From a virus, in IMG/VR virus record IMGVR_UViG_3300009514_000014, positions 19,956 through 83,955 of that record: a DNA stretch of 64,000 nt; one strand, given 5' to 3'. The first letter of the stretch is position 1; each line of letters starts with the position of its first letter. The notes beneath the pieces are model-generated. The model saw nothing but the letters and a program-made list of their open reading frames with translations. It was not told where the DNA came from and searched no databases. The position numbers and the translations under genes were made by a program. Below are positions 7,730 to 15,789 of the stretch, piece by piece.

Positions 7730-8011
7730 ATGGCCGACTTTTACACCGACGACGATCTGGACAAGCTCTACAACAGGATTGACACCTTGTTGCGCAGTGG
7801 GGACTTGGACGCCATCAACGAAGAGCTCAGGAAATGCGTTACGCGCATCGACAAGATGTGCGTCATGGAAATGATTGGCTACCTGACAATCACATTTGCT
7901 GCAGCTAAAAACCTCTCGTGTCGACCTCTACTAGTTAACGCCGTGCGCACCGAGATGGCACGACGCGGAATGTCGAACGCAGAGATTGCAGCGGAGCTCT
8001 ACGGATTGTAA
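7730..8011 (+). CDS. Hypothetical protein
   Basis: ORF ends immediately before tRNA-Arg. Confidence 0.65.
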   Translation: MADFYTDDDLDKLYNRIDTLLRSGDLDAINEELRKCVTRIDKMCVMEMIGYLTITFAAAKNLSCRPLLVNAVRTEMARRGMSNAEIAAELYGL

Positions 8012-8012
8012 T

Positions 8013-8086
8013 GGCCTCGTGCCCAAATGGAGAAGGGAACGGTTTCCTAAACCGTCAATGTGCAGGTTCGAGTCCTGCCGAGGTCG
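8013..8086 (+). tRNA. tRNA-Arg(CCT)
   Basis: GGCCTCG/CGAGGTC; ACGGT-TT CCT AA-ACCGT. Confidence 0.92.
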
Positions 8087-8178
8087 AGCGATAATGCCAG
8101 GGCAGCAGCAATGGCTGCGGCTGCCCTGGGCCTAACCGGAGGGCGTGCCTGACCGGCTCTAGGACGCAGAGACAGCCT

Positions 8179-8250
8179 GGGAGTGTAACTCAGTGGAAGA
8201 GTGTTTGCTTTACACGCAAGTGGCCGGAGGTTCGAATCCTCTCACTCCCA
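8179..8250 (+). tRNA. tRNA-Val(TAC)
   Basis: GGGAGTG/CACTCCC; loop TT TAC AC. Confidence 0.9.
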
Positions 8251-8254
8251 TCAT

Positions 8255-8327
8255 GCCGCCATCGTCTAACGGAAAAGGACGCAGGTCTTCGGAACCTGCC
8301 ATGAGGGTTCGAATCCTTCTGGCGGTG
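8255..8327 (+). tRNA. tRNA-Arg(TCG)
   Basis: GCCGCCA/TGGCGGT; CAGGT-CT TCG GA-ACCTG. Confidence 0.88.
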
Positions 8328-8431
8328 ATCAAGAAAAAACGCCCCCCGGTTCTTACCGGGAGGCGTCAGGGGCGATGTGCCCTCCACCATCCACTCGTTC
8401 GCATGAGGGGAACGCACAAGGTATCATCTTT

Positions 8432-8504
8432 GGGTGTGTAGCTCAACCGGAAGAGCGTCTGCGCGACATGCAGAAGGTAGGGGGTTCGACACCCTCCACG
8501 CCCA
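8432..8504 (+). tRNA. tRNA-Val(GAC), C33
   Basis: GGGTGTG/CACGCCC; TCTGC-GC GAC AT-GCAGA. Confidence 0.85.
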
Positions 8505-8517
8505 CTAGGAGCTCGAG

Positions 8518-9135
8518 ATGGCCGTCGACATCAAAGACCAGTACGAAGTAGTCCTAGAGCGGCGTGTAGTGCCCCAGCCGGTGCCAGCACTGTCTGAGGG
8601 TGGTGATTGCGCTGCCTGCGTCTTGGCGGGCGTGACGGGCCTCTCCTTGGAGCTGGTGGTGGCTGAGCTGCTCAACGACAAGGACAGTGTCGGCTACTTC
8701 GATACTCGGACGGCTCTCGAGATTGCGCACAACGAAGGGCTCCTTGATCGTGTCGTCACCGACATGCCCATGTGGGTAGAGCGCATCGGCAAGGCGGCGT
8801 GGGGGCACCCGAGTTGGGCCAACAGCATGGCCTGGTTCGAATATGTGCAGATGGCGATCGATGCAGGCTACTACGCCTTGGCGTCGATCAGCTTTGATGG
8901 CGGTGGCCCGCTCGTCGACACCGATCATGCAGTGCTTATCTGCGGTGTGAAGCAGTGGATAGAACCGCATCCGACAGTGGAAGGCGCCGGTCGCTACATG
9001 CACTCCATACTGGTGAGCTGCAGCGCGAAGAGCTCGCCTGCCGAGTACTGGATCGACGCTGAAAAGTTTCTGACAGAGTTTGGCGGATTCAACGTGATGC
9101 TTGCCCGTCCGGCTAAGCTCTTAAACGGTCGTTGA
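8518..9135 (+). CDS. Putative C39/papain-like cysteine peptidase
   Basis: Q....GGDCAACVLA and DHAVLICG fit Cys/His catalytic motifs; AGGAG RBS. Confidence 0.6.
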   Translation: MAVDIKDQYEVVLERRVVPQPVPALSEGGDCAACVLAGVTGLSLELVVAELLNDKDSVGYFDTRTALEIAHNEGLLDRVVTDMPMWVERIGKAAWGHPSWANSMAWFEYVQMAIDAGYYALASISFDGGGPLVDTDHAVLICGVKQWIEPHPTVEGAGRYMHSILVSCSAKSSPAEYWIDAEKFLTEFGGFNVMLARPAKLLNGR

Positions 9136-9718
9136 GTCGTACGCTCTTTCTGACTGACTGCACGATTCCGTAAGTCGTCAGGATGCCACCAAACACTGCA
9201 ACGGCGACTAAGATGAGCACGAGTTTGTCTTTGCCGTTGCTGTTGTCCCCGCTGAAGAAATCGCCTGTGCGGTCAAAGGCGCCGGGCAGGTGGCGTGCGG
9301 CGGACATCATGTTGTTGATTTGAGCGAAGGTGTTCCAGCCGGTGATCAGCATGTCGGTGCCTGAACGGCGTCTCGCCAGAGCGCGCCACGAGTGGATAGT
9401 GATCGCTAGGCCACTGCCAAGGATGGGGAGGATGATGACGATGTAGCCTAAGTCAGCGAAGGCTTGCAAGGTCTTCGGATCGAGCAGCACGGTTGTGGCT
9501 TTTGTCGCCTCGTCGGTTGTTGTGATGTTGATGCATATGAAACCAAGGATCACCATGTAGCACCAGGTGAATCCGCAAGCGCTCATCGTGCCGCCCATCC
9601 AGTTCATGAAATGAGCGAAGCCGCCCTTTGCCTTGGTGGAGTCCCAAGTATGGCCGACGCCCCAGGCGTTGAAGATTGAAATACTGAGATTGAGCACAAA
9701 GAAAATGAACAAGGTCAT
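9113..9718 (-). CDS. Multi-pass membrane protein
   Basis: Four hydrophobic segments; AGGAGG RBS before ATG 9718. Confidence 0.8.
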   Translation of the reverse strand: MTLFIFFVLNLSISIFNAWGVGHTWDSTKAKGGFAHFMNWMGGTMSACGFTWCYMVILGFICINITTTDEATKATTVLLDPKTLQAFADLGYIVIILPILGSGLAITIHSWRALARRRSGTDMLITGWNTFAQINNMMSAARHLPGAFDRTGDFFSGDNSNGKDKLVLILVAVAVFGGILTTYGIVQSVRKSVRLNDRLRA

Positions 9719-9843
9719 CCCGAAATTTCCTCCTACGGTACGAGGTTGCACTCCTCGTGCCGGTTGTTTTTCAAGTAATGTACACGAGTGCGACAAGAAG
9801 TAATAGGTGCGAATTGCCACTGCGTGGTGACTTACGCCGATAC

Positions 9844-9916
9844 GGCCCCGTGATCTAGATGGATGGGTGCCGCTCTACGAAAGCGGTCTACGCAGGTTCG
9901 AGTCCTGCCGGGGTCA
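9844..9916 (+). tRNA. tRNA-Arg(ACG)
   Basis: GGCCCCG/CGGGGTC; CCGCT-CT ACG AA-AGCGG. Confidence 0.9.
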
Positions 9917-9921
9917 TTTAT

Positions 9922-10005
9922 GCCGAGGTGGCGAAGTTGGTATACGCGCGAGGTTTAGGTTCTCGTGGTCGAAAGACCGTAGGGGTTCGACTCCCCTCCT
10001 CGGTA
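9922..10005 (+). tRNA. tRNA-Leu(TAG)
   Basis: Long variable arm; CGAGG-TT TAG GT-TCTCG. Confidence 0.92.
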
Positions 10006-10008
10006 CTT

Positions 10009-10080
10009 GGTGGTAGGGAGGAATAGGATCCTCATCGGTCTCATACGCCGTGAAAGCCAGTTCGATTCTGGATACCACCA
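10009..10080 (+). tRNA. tRNA-Met/Ile2(CAT)
   Basis: GGTGGTA/TACCACC; loop CT CAT AC. Confidence 0.8.
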
Positions 10081-10085
10081 CTCGT

Positions 10086-10160
10086 GTCGGAGTGACGGGA
10101 AGTGGCATACCTACTGGATTTAAAATCCGGTGAGTGGGGGTTCGACTCCCCCCTCCGATA
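10086..10160 (+). tRNA. tRNA-Leu(TAA), short variable loop
   Basis: GTCGGAG/CTCCGAT; CTGGA-TT TAA AA-TCCGG. Confidence 0.85.
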
Positions 10161-10162
10161 AA

Positions 10163-10236
10163 CGGGATGTGGCCCAATCTGGTAGGGCGTTCGGCTGGGG
10201 GCCGAAAGATTGCTGGTTCAAATCCAGTCGTCCCGA
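10163..10236 (+). tRNA. tRNA-Pro(GGG)
   Basis: CGGGATG/CGTCCCG; TTCGG-CT GGG GG-CCGAA. Confidence 0.92.
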
Positions 10237-10246
10237 TGATAGATTC

Positions 10247-10330
10247 GACCAGGTGGCGGAACTGGTAGACGCAGCAGTCTGAGAGGCTGCCGGCAGAAAT
10301 GCCGTGGGGGTTCGACTCCCCCTCTGGTCA
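10247..10330 (+). tRNA. tRNA-Leu(GAG)
   Basis: GCAGT-CT GAG AG-GCTGC; long variable arm. Confidence 0.9.
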
Positions 10331-10331
10331 A

Positions 10332-10535
10332 ATGAGAGTAACGAAACAAGATACGACAGAGATCTTGCGTCTCGTCAAACGTATCAGAAGAGATAGTGCA
10401 TCGGCACACCATATCCGTTATGATGACGACCGAGGTCATCTCTGGACGATCAAAAATGCCCAGGAAGAAGAGCTCGGCGTCGCGTGGTTCGGCGCCGATG
10501 GAGGCCCACACTTTAGTGTAACGAGAGCTCCATGA
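10332..10535 (+). CDS. Hypothetical protein
   Basis: ATG right after the tRNA; ATGA overlap with the next ORF. Confidence 0.5.
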   Translation: MRVTKQDTTEILRLVKRIRRDSASAHHIRYDDDRGHLWTIKNAQEEELGVAWFGADGGPHFSVTRAP

Positions 10536-10714
10536 ACAAGATAACCTTGGAAACCGTAGACGGTGACTTTGTCAGCTTGGCGCAAATTCCACCGTATAAA
10601 GAACTGCCGGGTGTCGTGATATGGGGCCAGCGCTATTTTGTGCTGCATTCTATCAACGAAGGACGACCCGCGTTCCGCGAGACATTTTTGGCTGTTGCGA
10701 CAACATTGGATTGA
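10532..10714 (+). CDS. Hypothetical protein
   Basis: Coupled start; ends at the next tRNA. Confidence 0.55.
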   Translation: MNKITLETVDGDFVSLAQIPPYKELPGVVIWGQRYFVLHSINEGRPAFRETFLAVATTLD

Positions 10715-10799
10715 GGCAAAGTGGCGGAATTGGCATACGCGCTGGGTTCAAAACCCGGTGGTCCTTGTGACCGTGGGGGTTCGAGTCCCCCCTTTGCTA
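10715..10799 (+). tRNA. tRNA-Leu(CAA)
   Basis: CTGGG-TT CAA AA-CCCGG; long variable arm. Confidence 0.92.
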
Positions 10800-10903
10800 T
10801 CGAAACGTGACCATGATCGACTAACCCATTGCCCGAGAACCGTCTCGGGCGAGGAGCCGCAACAATGAACTGGCCTCAACAGTAGAGGACCCCGAGGTGC
10901 ACC

Positions 10904-11407
10904 ATGCGAACACTAGTACTCACGAATGGCTATGAGCCCATCAACACTACCTCTTGGCGACGAGCATTGAAGATGCTCACGTTGGGGAAATGTGAAGTCG
11001 TGGAGACCTACGATCGCAAGATCCGCACATCGCATGTTGCGGTGAAGATGCCAGCCGTCATTCGCTTGGTCCACACCATCGTAAAGCGAAAGCAACGTAT
11101 CAAGTACGGCAAGCTCAGCATCTTCGCTCGAGACCGTTGGACTTGCCAGTACTGCGGTCAAGAGAAGAACATCAACGAGCTGACAAGAGATCATGTCCTC
11201 CCTAAGGCACAGGGTGGACGGAGCAACTGGGAAAACGTTGTCGCCGCTTGCCAAACTTGCAACGCGGACAAAGGCAACCGAACCCCGCAACAGGCGGGCA
11301 TGGCGCTTTTGACGAAGCCACGCAAGCCGACATGGATTCCGCTGTTGACGGTGCGCATCGGCCGTGCTGCAATGCCGCCACCGTGGAAGCCGTATTGCTA
11401 CTCATAA
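10904..11407 (+). CDS. HNH endonuclease (McrA-like)
   Basis: LVL..GYEP N-terminus; IFARD..CQYCG..TRDHV.P..GG..WEN.V.AC..CN..K. Confidence 0.92.
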   Translation: MRTLVLTNGYEPINTTSWRRALKMLTLGKCEVVETYDRKIRTSHVAVKMPAVIRLVHTIVKRKQRIKYGKLSIFARDRWTCQYCGQEKNINELTRDHVLPKAQGGRSNWENVVAACQTCNADKGNRTPQQAGMALLTKPRKPTWIPLLTVRIGRAAMPPPWKPYCYS

Positions 11408-11416
11408 GTCTCGCAC

Positions 11417-11451
11417 CCCCACCCGGAAATACCGGGTGGGGATTTCTTTTT
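11417..11451 (+). terminator. Intrinsic terminator
   Basis: CCCCACCCGG-AAATA-CCGGGTGGGG followed by ATTTCTTTTT. Confidence 0.75.
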
Positions 11452-11538
11452 GGAGAGGCTGGGAATTGGTGATCCTCACGGTCTTGAAAACCGCAGGCAG
11501 CGGAAGCCGCCTTGAGGGTTCAAATCCCTCTCTCTCCG
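11452..11538 (+). tRNA. tRNA-Ser(TGA)
   Basis: GGAGAGG/TCTCTCC; loop CT TGA AA; long variable arm. Confidence 0.9.
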
Positions 11539-11551
11539 TAGGAGCAATCGA

Positions 11552-12226
11552 ATGGCGATAGAACCCAAAGACCGGCTCATCTTTGCCCTCGACGTCCCGG
11601 ACGAACAGACGGCCAAGCGCTACGCTCGCATGCTCAAAGATCACGTCTGGGGCTTCAAGGTCGGACTCGAGCTCTACACAGCAGCTGGTCCCAACCTCGT
11701 CAGAGACCTGACCTTCATGGGGTATAACGTCTTCCTCGACTTGAAGCTCTACGACATCCCGACGACCGTCGTGCGCACGCTCAAGATCATCGACAAGATG
11801 GACGTGACCATGACGACCATTCATGCTCGCCGCGAGCAGATGATGGCAGCACGTGACGCCGACCTGAAGGTAGGAGTCATTGGCGTCACGGTGTTGACCA
11901 GTGTCAAAGAAGACTCGCTGCCACAGGGCTTGTCCACTGTCGTTCTCGCCGGTCAGCGTGCAAATCAGGCGAAGTTGGCCGACATTCGTGGCATCGTCTG
12001 TGCCGGCACCGAAGTCGCCGTCATACGCAACCAGCTCGGTCCAGATCAAATCATCATCACGCCAGGCACCAGATCGCGTGGCGAGGAAGTGCATGACCAG
12101 AAGCGCGTAGTGACGCCCGGTGAGGCCATCCGCGCCGGTTCCGACATGCTGGTCATTGGCCGGCAAGTTCGAGACGCTGACGACCCTGTAGCAGCCATGG
12201 AGGCCATCGCCGGAGAGATTGCGTAG
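11552..12226 (+). CDS. pyrF: Orotidine-5'-phosphate decarboxylase
   Basis: LIFALD, FKVG, FLDLKLYDIPTT, VTVLTS, TPG.R, DQKRV, VIGR. Confidence 0.95.
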   Translation: MAIEPKDRLIFALDVPDEQTAKRYARMLKDHVWGFKVGLELYTAAGPNLVRDLTFMGYNVFLDLKLYDIPTTVVRTLKIIDKMDVTMTTIHARREQMMAARDADLKVGVIGVTVLTSVKEDSLPQGLSTVVLAGQRANQAKLADIRGIVCAGTEVAVIRNQLGPDQIIITPGTRSRGEEVHDQKRVVTPGEAIRAGSDMLVIGRQVRDADDPVAAMEAIAGEIA

Positions 12227-12228
12227 GC

Positions 12229-12678
12229 ATGGCGCGTCTACTGCCGCTGCTTGTGCTCCTTTATGTGTCAGGCTGCAGTGAAGAGGAATTCTTCGCTTGT
12301 ATTGGAAAGCCAGCGACTGGTGACTTGATCTACTTCGGCAGTGCCATGAACGATGCAAGTGTCGGCTGTGTGAACTGCCATCGTGAACGCAGAGATGGTG
12401 GTCCTGACATCTCAGGCCCTGAAGCCAAGATAGGCGTCTCGCATTCAGCGATCACTCAACTCGGCGCGCATCCCGTCGGTTCGAACTATCAAGCAGCAAA
12501 AAACTTCAACCCGAAACTCAATCTTCGAGAGATTGCCGACCTCGACGAGCGCATCGTGCTCGTCGACGGAACTGTGCAATGCGCAACATGCCACACTGAT
12601 CACACTGCAGGTGAGACACACGACACGGCATTACCCATGAAGGCCAGTGAGTTGTGCTTCGCCTGCCATGCAATGTAA
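12229..12678 (+). CDS. Tri-haem cytochrome c lipoprotein
   Basis: Lipobox VSGC; CVNCH, CATCH, CFACH; HPVG. Confidence 0.85.
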   Translation: MARLLPLLVLLYVSGCSEEEFFACIGKPATGDLIYFGSAMNDASVGCVNCHRERRDGGPDISGPEAKIGVSHSAITQLGAHPVGSNYQAAKNFNPKLNLREIADLDERIVLVDGTVQCATCHTDHTAGETHDTALPMKASELCFACHAM

Positions 12679-12718
12679 CAAATCAGACGTCCAGCAAGGC
12701 GTCTGTAAGGGGGGCTAG

Positions 12719-13441
12719 ATGCCGAGACACACGGAAGAACCGAAAGTAACCAGAGACGAAACGGGTGCCCATAAGGGGCAGCGTAACGAGACACATCCTG
12801 CGTACGGAATGATTGGTGTACATCGCGTTACAGGTCGAACCAAGCTGTACGGGTCGGCCCTCGATCATCATGACAGCTTCTTGACTGTCTCGATTCGACG
12901 CTGTACACGCCACAGCGATACCGGTCGGGATTGGCATCACGGTGGTGAGGAATTGATCGAAGTCGCCATGAGCCACGCGCAGTTTGCGGAGATGATCACT
13001 ACACCCAACATGGGCTTCGGTGTACCGTGCACCCTGCAGCGTGTCGACGGTGCACACGTCCCCGGCATACCGGATACCGTCCGAACCGAAGCCGCTGAAG
13101 TCATCAGCGAGTTCAATGTACGCCAGCAGTCTTTCGTGGACCAATTGCACAAGCTCGCCGAAGAAGTTCACACGTTACTTGCGAAGCCACGCATCGGTGT
13201 GCGTGATAAGGAAGTGATCGGCGCCATAGTCACCGAAGTCGTGCAAGAGGTCGAAACCAACAGGCCCTTCGCCGTTCAGCAGTTCCAAGAAGCAGCAGAG
13301 AAAGTCGTGACACAGGCTAAAGCAGAAATCGACGCCACACTGGCCGGTATGCTGCGTCAAGCTGGCGTGCAGAAACTAAAGGAGCTGCGACAACTGCAAG
13401 AGGGGCTGGACGGCGACAAGAAACTTCCTGAAGGTTCTTGA
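12719..13441 (+). CDS. Conserved hypothetical phage protein
   Basis: ETHPAYGMI..LYGS..EVAMS.AQFA..G.GVPCTL; coiled-coil C-terminus. Confidence 0.8.
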   Translation: MPRHTEEPKVTRDETGAHKGQRNETHPAYGMIGVHRVTGRTKLYGSALDHHDSFLTVSIRRCTRHSDTGRDWHHGGEELIEVAMSHAQFAEMITTPNMGFGVPCTLQRVDGAHVPGIPDTVRTEAAEVISEFNVRQQSFVDQLHKLAEEVHTLLAKPRIGVRDKEVIGAIVTEVVQEVETNRPFAVQQFQEAAEKVVTQAKAEIDATLAGMLRQAGVQKLKELRQLQEGLDGDKKLPEGS

Positions 13442-13496
13442 CTCCTGAAAAAATGAGAGTAGGCTCGGTTGGTTTGCTTATGCGGAAATCAAGAAA

Positions 13497-13826
13497 ATGC
13501 CTACGACGAAACACGTGCCGGAAGACCGGCTTTTACACACGATCAAAGCCCTGCTAGCAGCCGACCTCGCCGACTCGGTTCGCGTCATCTCCTGCCCCGT
13601 CTTTGACTTACCAGAAGACCACCAGTGGCATCACAGCCACTACATCGAGGTGCACCCCGATGGCCTGGTAGAGCTCTGGCAGTTCGACGGCGGGCAGCAC
13701 GTCATGGTGACCGCTTGCCAGGACCCTCAGGGAGAGAAGGCAGTAGCGGCTGCTCCTCTTGCGCCAGAGATGGCGTCTGCATTTCTGCGTGGACCCGATC
13801 TGCAATATGCGAGCGCCACACCCTGA
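13497..13826 (+). CDS. Hypothetical protein
   Basis: Follows a TTGACT-16-TAGGCT promoter-like site; GC3-rich codons. Confidence 0.55.
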   Translation: MPTTKHVPEDRLLHTIKALLAADLADSVRVISCPVFDLPEDHQWHHSHYIEVHPDGLVELWQFDGGQHVMVTACQDPQGEKAVAAAPLAPEMASAFLRGPDLQYASATP

Positions 13827-13977
13827 GACATAGCGCAAGGGGTGCCACCCCTTTGCAGATCTCTCCACTGGCAGATTTGAACTCCTCGCGAGTCAGTAGA
13901 CCATCATTGTACAAGTCGACGAGCTCTCCGTACTTGTGCCCCGCCATCAGCATCTGATCTAGTTTCTTGCGACGCAT
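13702..13977 (-). CDS. Hypothetical protein (SHOCT-like LY.DGLLTREEF)
   Basis: Strong AGGAGGTG RBS; 3' end overlaps the convergent ORF. Confidence 0.55.
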   Translation of the reverse strand: MRRKKLDQMLMAGHKYGELVDLYNDGLLTREEFKSASGEICKGVAPLALCLRVWRSHIADRVHAEMQTPSLAQEEQPLLPSLPEGPGKRSP

Positions 13978-14008
13978 TCGTCACCTCCTACTAGCTATAC
14001 TTAGAAGC

Positions 14009-14037
14009 GTGACAAAATCGGCAGACGCTGCTAGATT
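14009..14037 (+). promoter_or_regulatory. sigma70-like promoter
   Basis: GTGACA-17-TAGATT. Confidence 0.5.
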
Positions 14038-14106
14038 GTTAGCTTCCGTGGCGGTCGAAGTCCTGACGTGGCGTCAGGCAGAAATTCCGTCCGAAGGAGA
14101 AAAATC

Positions 14107-14931
14107 ATGGAAGCGAACTTGTGCACCGTAGAGGTGCGCGTTCACGGACGTCCTGTTCGTGAATACCGACACAACGGCCAAACTTTCATCGAGGGACGCA
14201 AGGGGACAGACTTCGTCTTGCGTGTCCGCAACACGATCGGCTGCCGCATTCTGGCGGTGATCTCAATCGACGGTCTCAGCATCATGGACGGGAAGGTCGC
14301 CAGCGTGAATGACATCGGGTACATTATCGATCCGTACGAGTTCATCGACATTCCTGGCTGGCGCCTCAATGACCACGCTATCGCGAAATTCGTGTTCGAT
14401 GCGTCGGCAGGCAGCTACGCCGCACAGATGGATAAACCGCAAAACATCGGCGTTATTGGCTGCGCCATTTTCAAAGAAGAGCCACGTCCTCCAGTTATGC
14501 GTCATACGGTGCTCGACATGAACCGAGGTGGCGACCCCCGTGGTCAAACCAGGGGCGGGCATTCGGGCGTGGGTAACATGACCTACAACTCGGCGACTTG
14601 GACGGGCGGACCAACAAGCTCGACGACATCGCCATTCAAAGGTGGCGAGTCTGTTGCCACGGTCTATTGCAGCTCGACGCCACAAGTCCAACAAGAGGTC
14701 GGCACTGGATTCGGCGCAGAGCAGACACACGAAGTCACGTCGGTGGAGTTCAATCGCAACAACCTGACCCCCGACGAGACACTCGAGATCCGTTATGACT
14801 CGAAGAAGGCCCTCAAGAAGCGAGGCGTGCCGATGCGCAAACCAGTCACCGTGACACGCAAAGAGCCGACACCGTTTCCCGCAGACGAAAACTGCAAGCC
14901 ACCTCCAGGGTGGAAAGGAGCTAGGCGTTGA
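14107..14931 (+). CDS. Conserved hypothetical beta-sandwich protein
   Basis: AAGGAG RBS; LAVISIDGL..GY..IPGWR..SYA..NIGVIG.AIF.E..VGTGFG. Confidence 0.85.
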   Translation: MEANLCTVEVRVHGRPVREYRHNGQTFIEGRKGTDFVLRVRNTIGCRILAVISIDGLSIMDGKVASVNDIGYIIDPYEFIDIPGWRLNDHAIAKFVFDASAGSYAAQMDKPQNIGVIGCAIFKEEPRPPVMRHTVLDMNRGGDPRGQTRGGHSGVGNMTYNSATWTGGPTSSTTSPFKGGESVATVYCSSTPQVQQEVGTGFGAEQTHEVTSVEFNRNNLTPDETLEIRYDSKKALKKRGVPMRKPVTVTRKEPTPFPADENCKPPPGWKGARR

Positions 14932-15107
14932 AGAGCCAAATCAAGCTGTCAGAGTTGATAGAAGTCTGGGAAATACTACACGTCAAAGACACCGGCGACA
15001 TCGGCTTCTGCGACGTCGACAAAGCCCTCCAGGATGTCGGTGTGACGATCGTAAACGATTGTTCATCGGAGCAGCCGAAAGAGCTTGACCAGCACTCTGC
15101 ACGTTGA
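14928..15107 (+). CDS. Small hypothetical protein (59 aa)
   Basis: AGGAG RBS; TTG overlapping the upstream TGA; open frame. Confidence 0.5.
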   Translation: MKSQIKLSELIEVWEILHVKDTGDIGFCDVDKALQDVGVTIVNDCSSEQPKELDQHSAR

Positions 15108-15113
15108 TAGGGT
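15085..15113 (+). promoter_or_regulatory. sigma70-like promoter for the ncRNA block
   Basis: TTGACC-17-TAGGGT with TGn extension. Confidence 0.55.
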
Positions 15114-15119
15114 CAGCAA

Positions 15120-15405
15120 GTTCAAGTGAGAGACCGTTGGGTGGTAGGTCGTTAAACCGAGGGGGAAACTCCTCAGTGGCCAGCATCACCCTGAAGGGGG
15201 CTAGGATCGAGGGATAGGCGGCGGCGAGCATAGCTGGCGCACTAACCACGGTCTGAGGGATTTGCTTCCAGGCAAGATAAACCGGTCTGGCTGCGGTGTA
15301 AGAACCGGGTCGGGATTGGTGTAAGAGCCTGAGTAGCGGGGATGATGTAAGGAGGTCATCGGCAGGGAGCATCAGCTTTGATCTGTCGGAACCAGACCGC
15401 AGCAT
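15120..15405 (+). ncRNA. Unidentified structured RNA(s)
   Basis: AGACCGT/ACGGTCT and GCTGCGGT/ACCGCAGC closing helices; GAGGGG-GAAA-CTCCTC tetraloop; no convincing ORF. Confidence 0.5.
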
Positions 15406-15408
15406 TCA

Positions 15409-15510
15409 CTTAGGTCACAGTGCAACACTTGAGCCGCTAAGGCGCGCCAACTGCCAGGCCCGGAAGGGAGCAACAGTCGGCGCGCTTTTTTCGTTCAGGG
15501 TATTGACAAG
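15409..15510 (+). ncRNA. ffs: SRP RNA (4.5S-like)
   Basis: Helix-8 motif CAGGCCCGGAAGGGAGCA in a long hairpin (GCGCGCC/GGCGCGC, CTTGAGC/GTTCAGG, GTCA/TGAC). Confidence 0.8.
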
Positions 15511-15568
15511 TTGCCCGCCATGTCTCACAAAGAATGTAACAGATGTTACAACTTTGGCACCACGAGAC

Positions 15569-15778
15569 ATGTATCACCACTGCGACAGATGCCGCGAGCG
15601 CGCCTTACCGGCCCTTGCACACTTACACGGGCTAGGCGAGCTTCTATGCTGGTCTTGCACGCAAGGCATCCTTTTGTGCAGAAGAAAAGAAGAGGAACGG
15701 TTGACAGTAGAACGGCTGGCCCTAAGCTATGATCTGCTGCGGGGGATGAACCCCCGCCAACCGAAACTCGCAGCTTGA
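15569..15778 (+). CDS. Small Zn-finger protein ending in LAA
   Basis: CDRC...CWSC; C-terminus QPKLAA. Confidence 0.5.
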   Translation: MYHHCDRCRERALPALAHLHGLGELLCWSCTQGILLCRRKEEERLTVERLALSYDLLRGMNPRQPKLAA

Positions 15779-15789
15779 AGGTAAAGACC

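Noticed and set aside
15120-15405. RNase P RNA
   Set aside because: Lacks the GAGGAAAGUCC and AACAGAA P4 signatures
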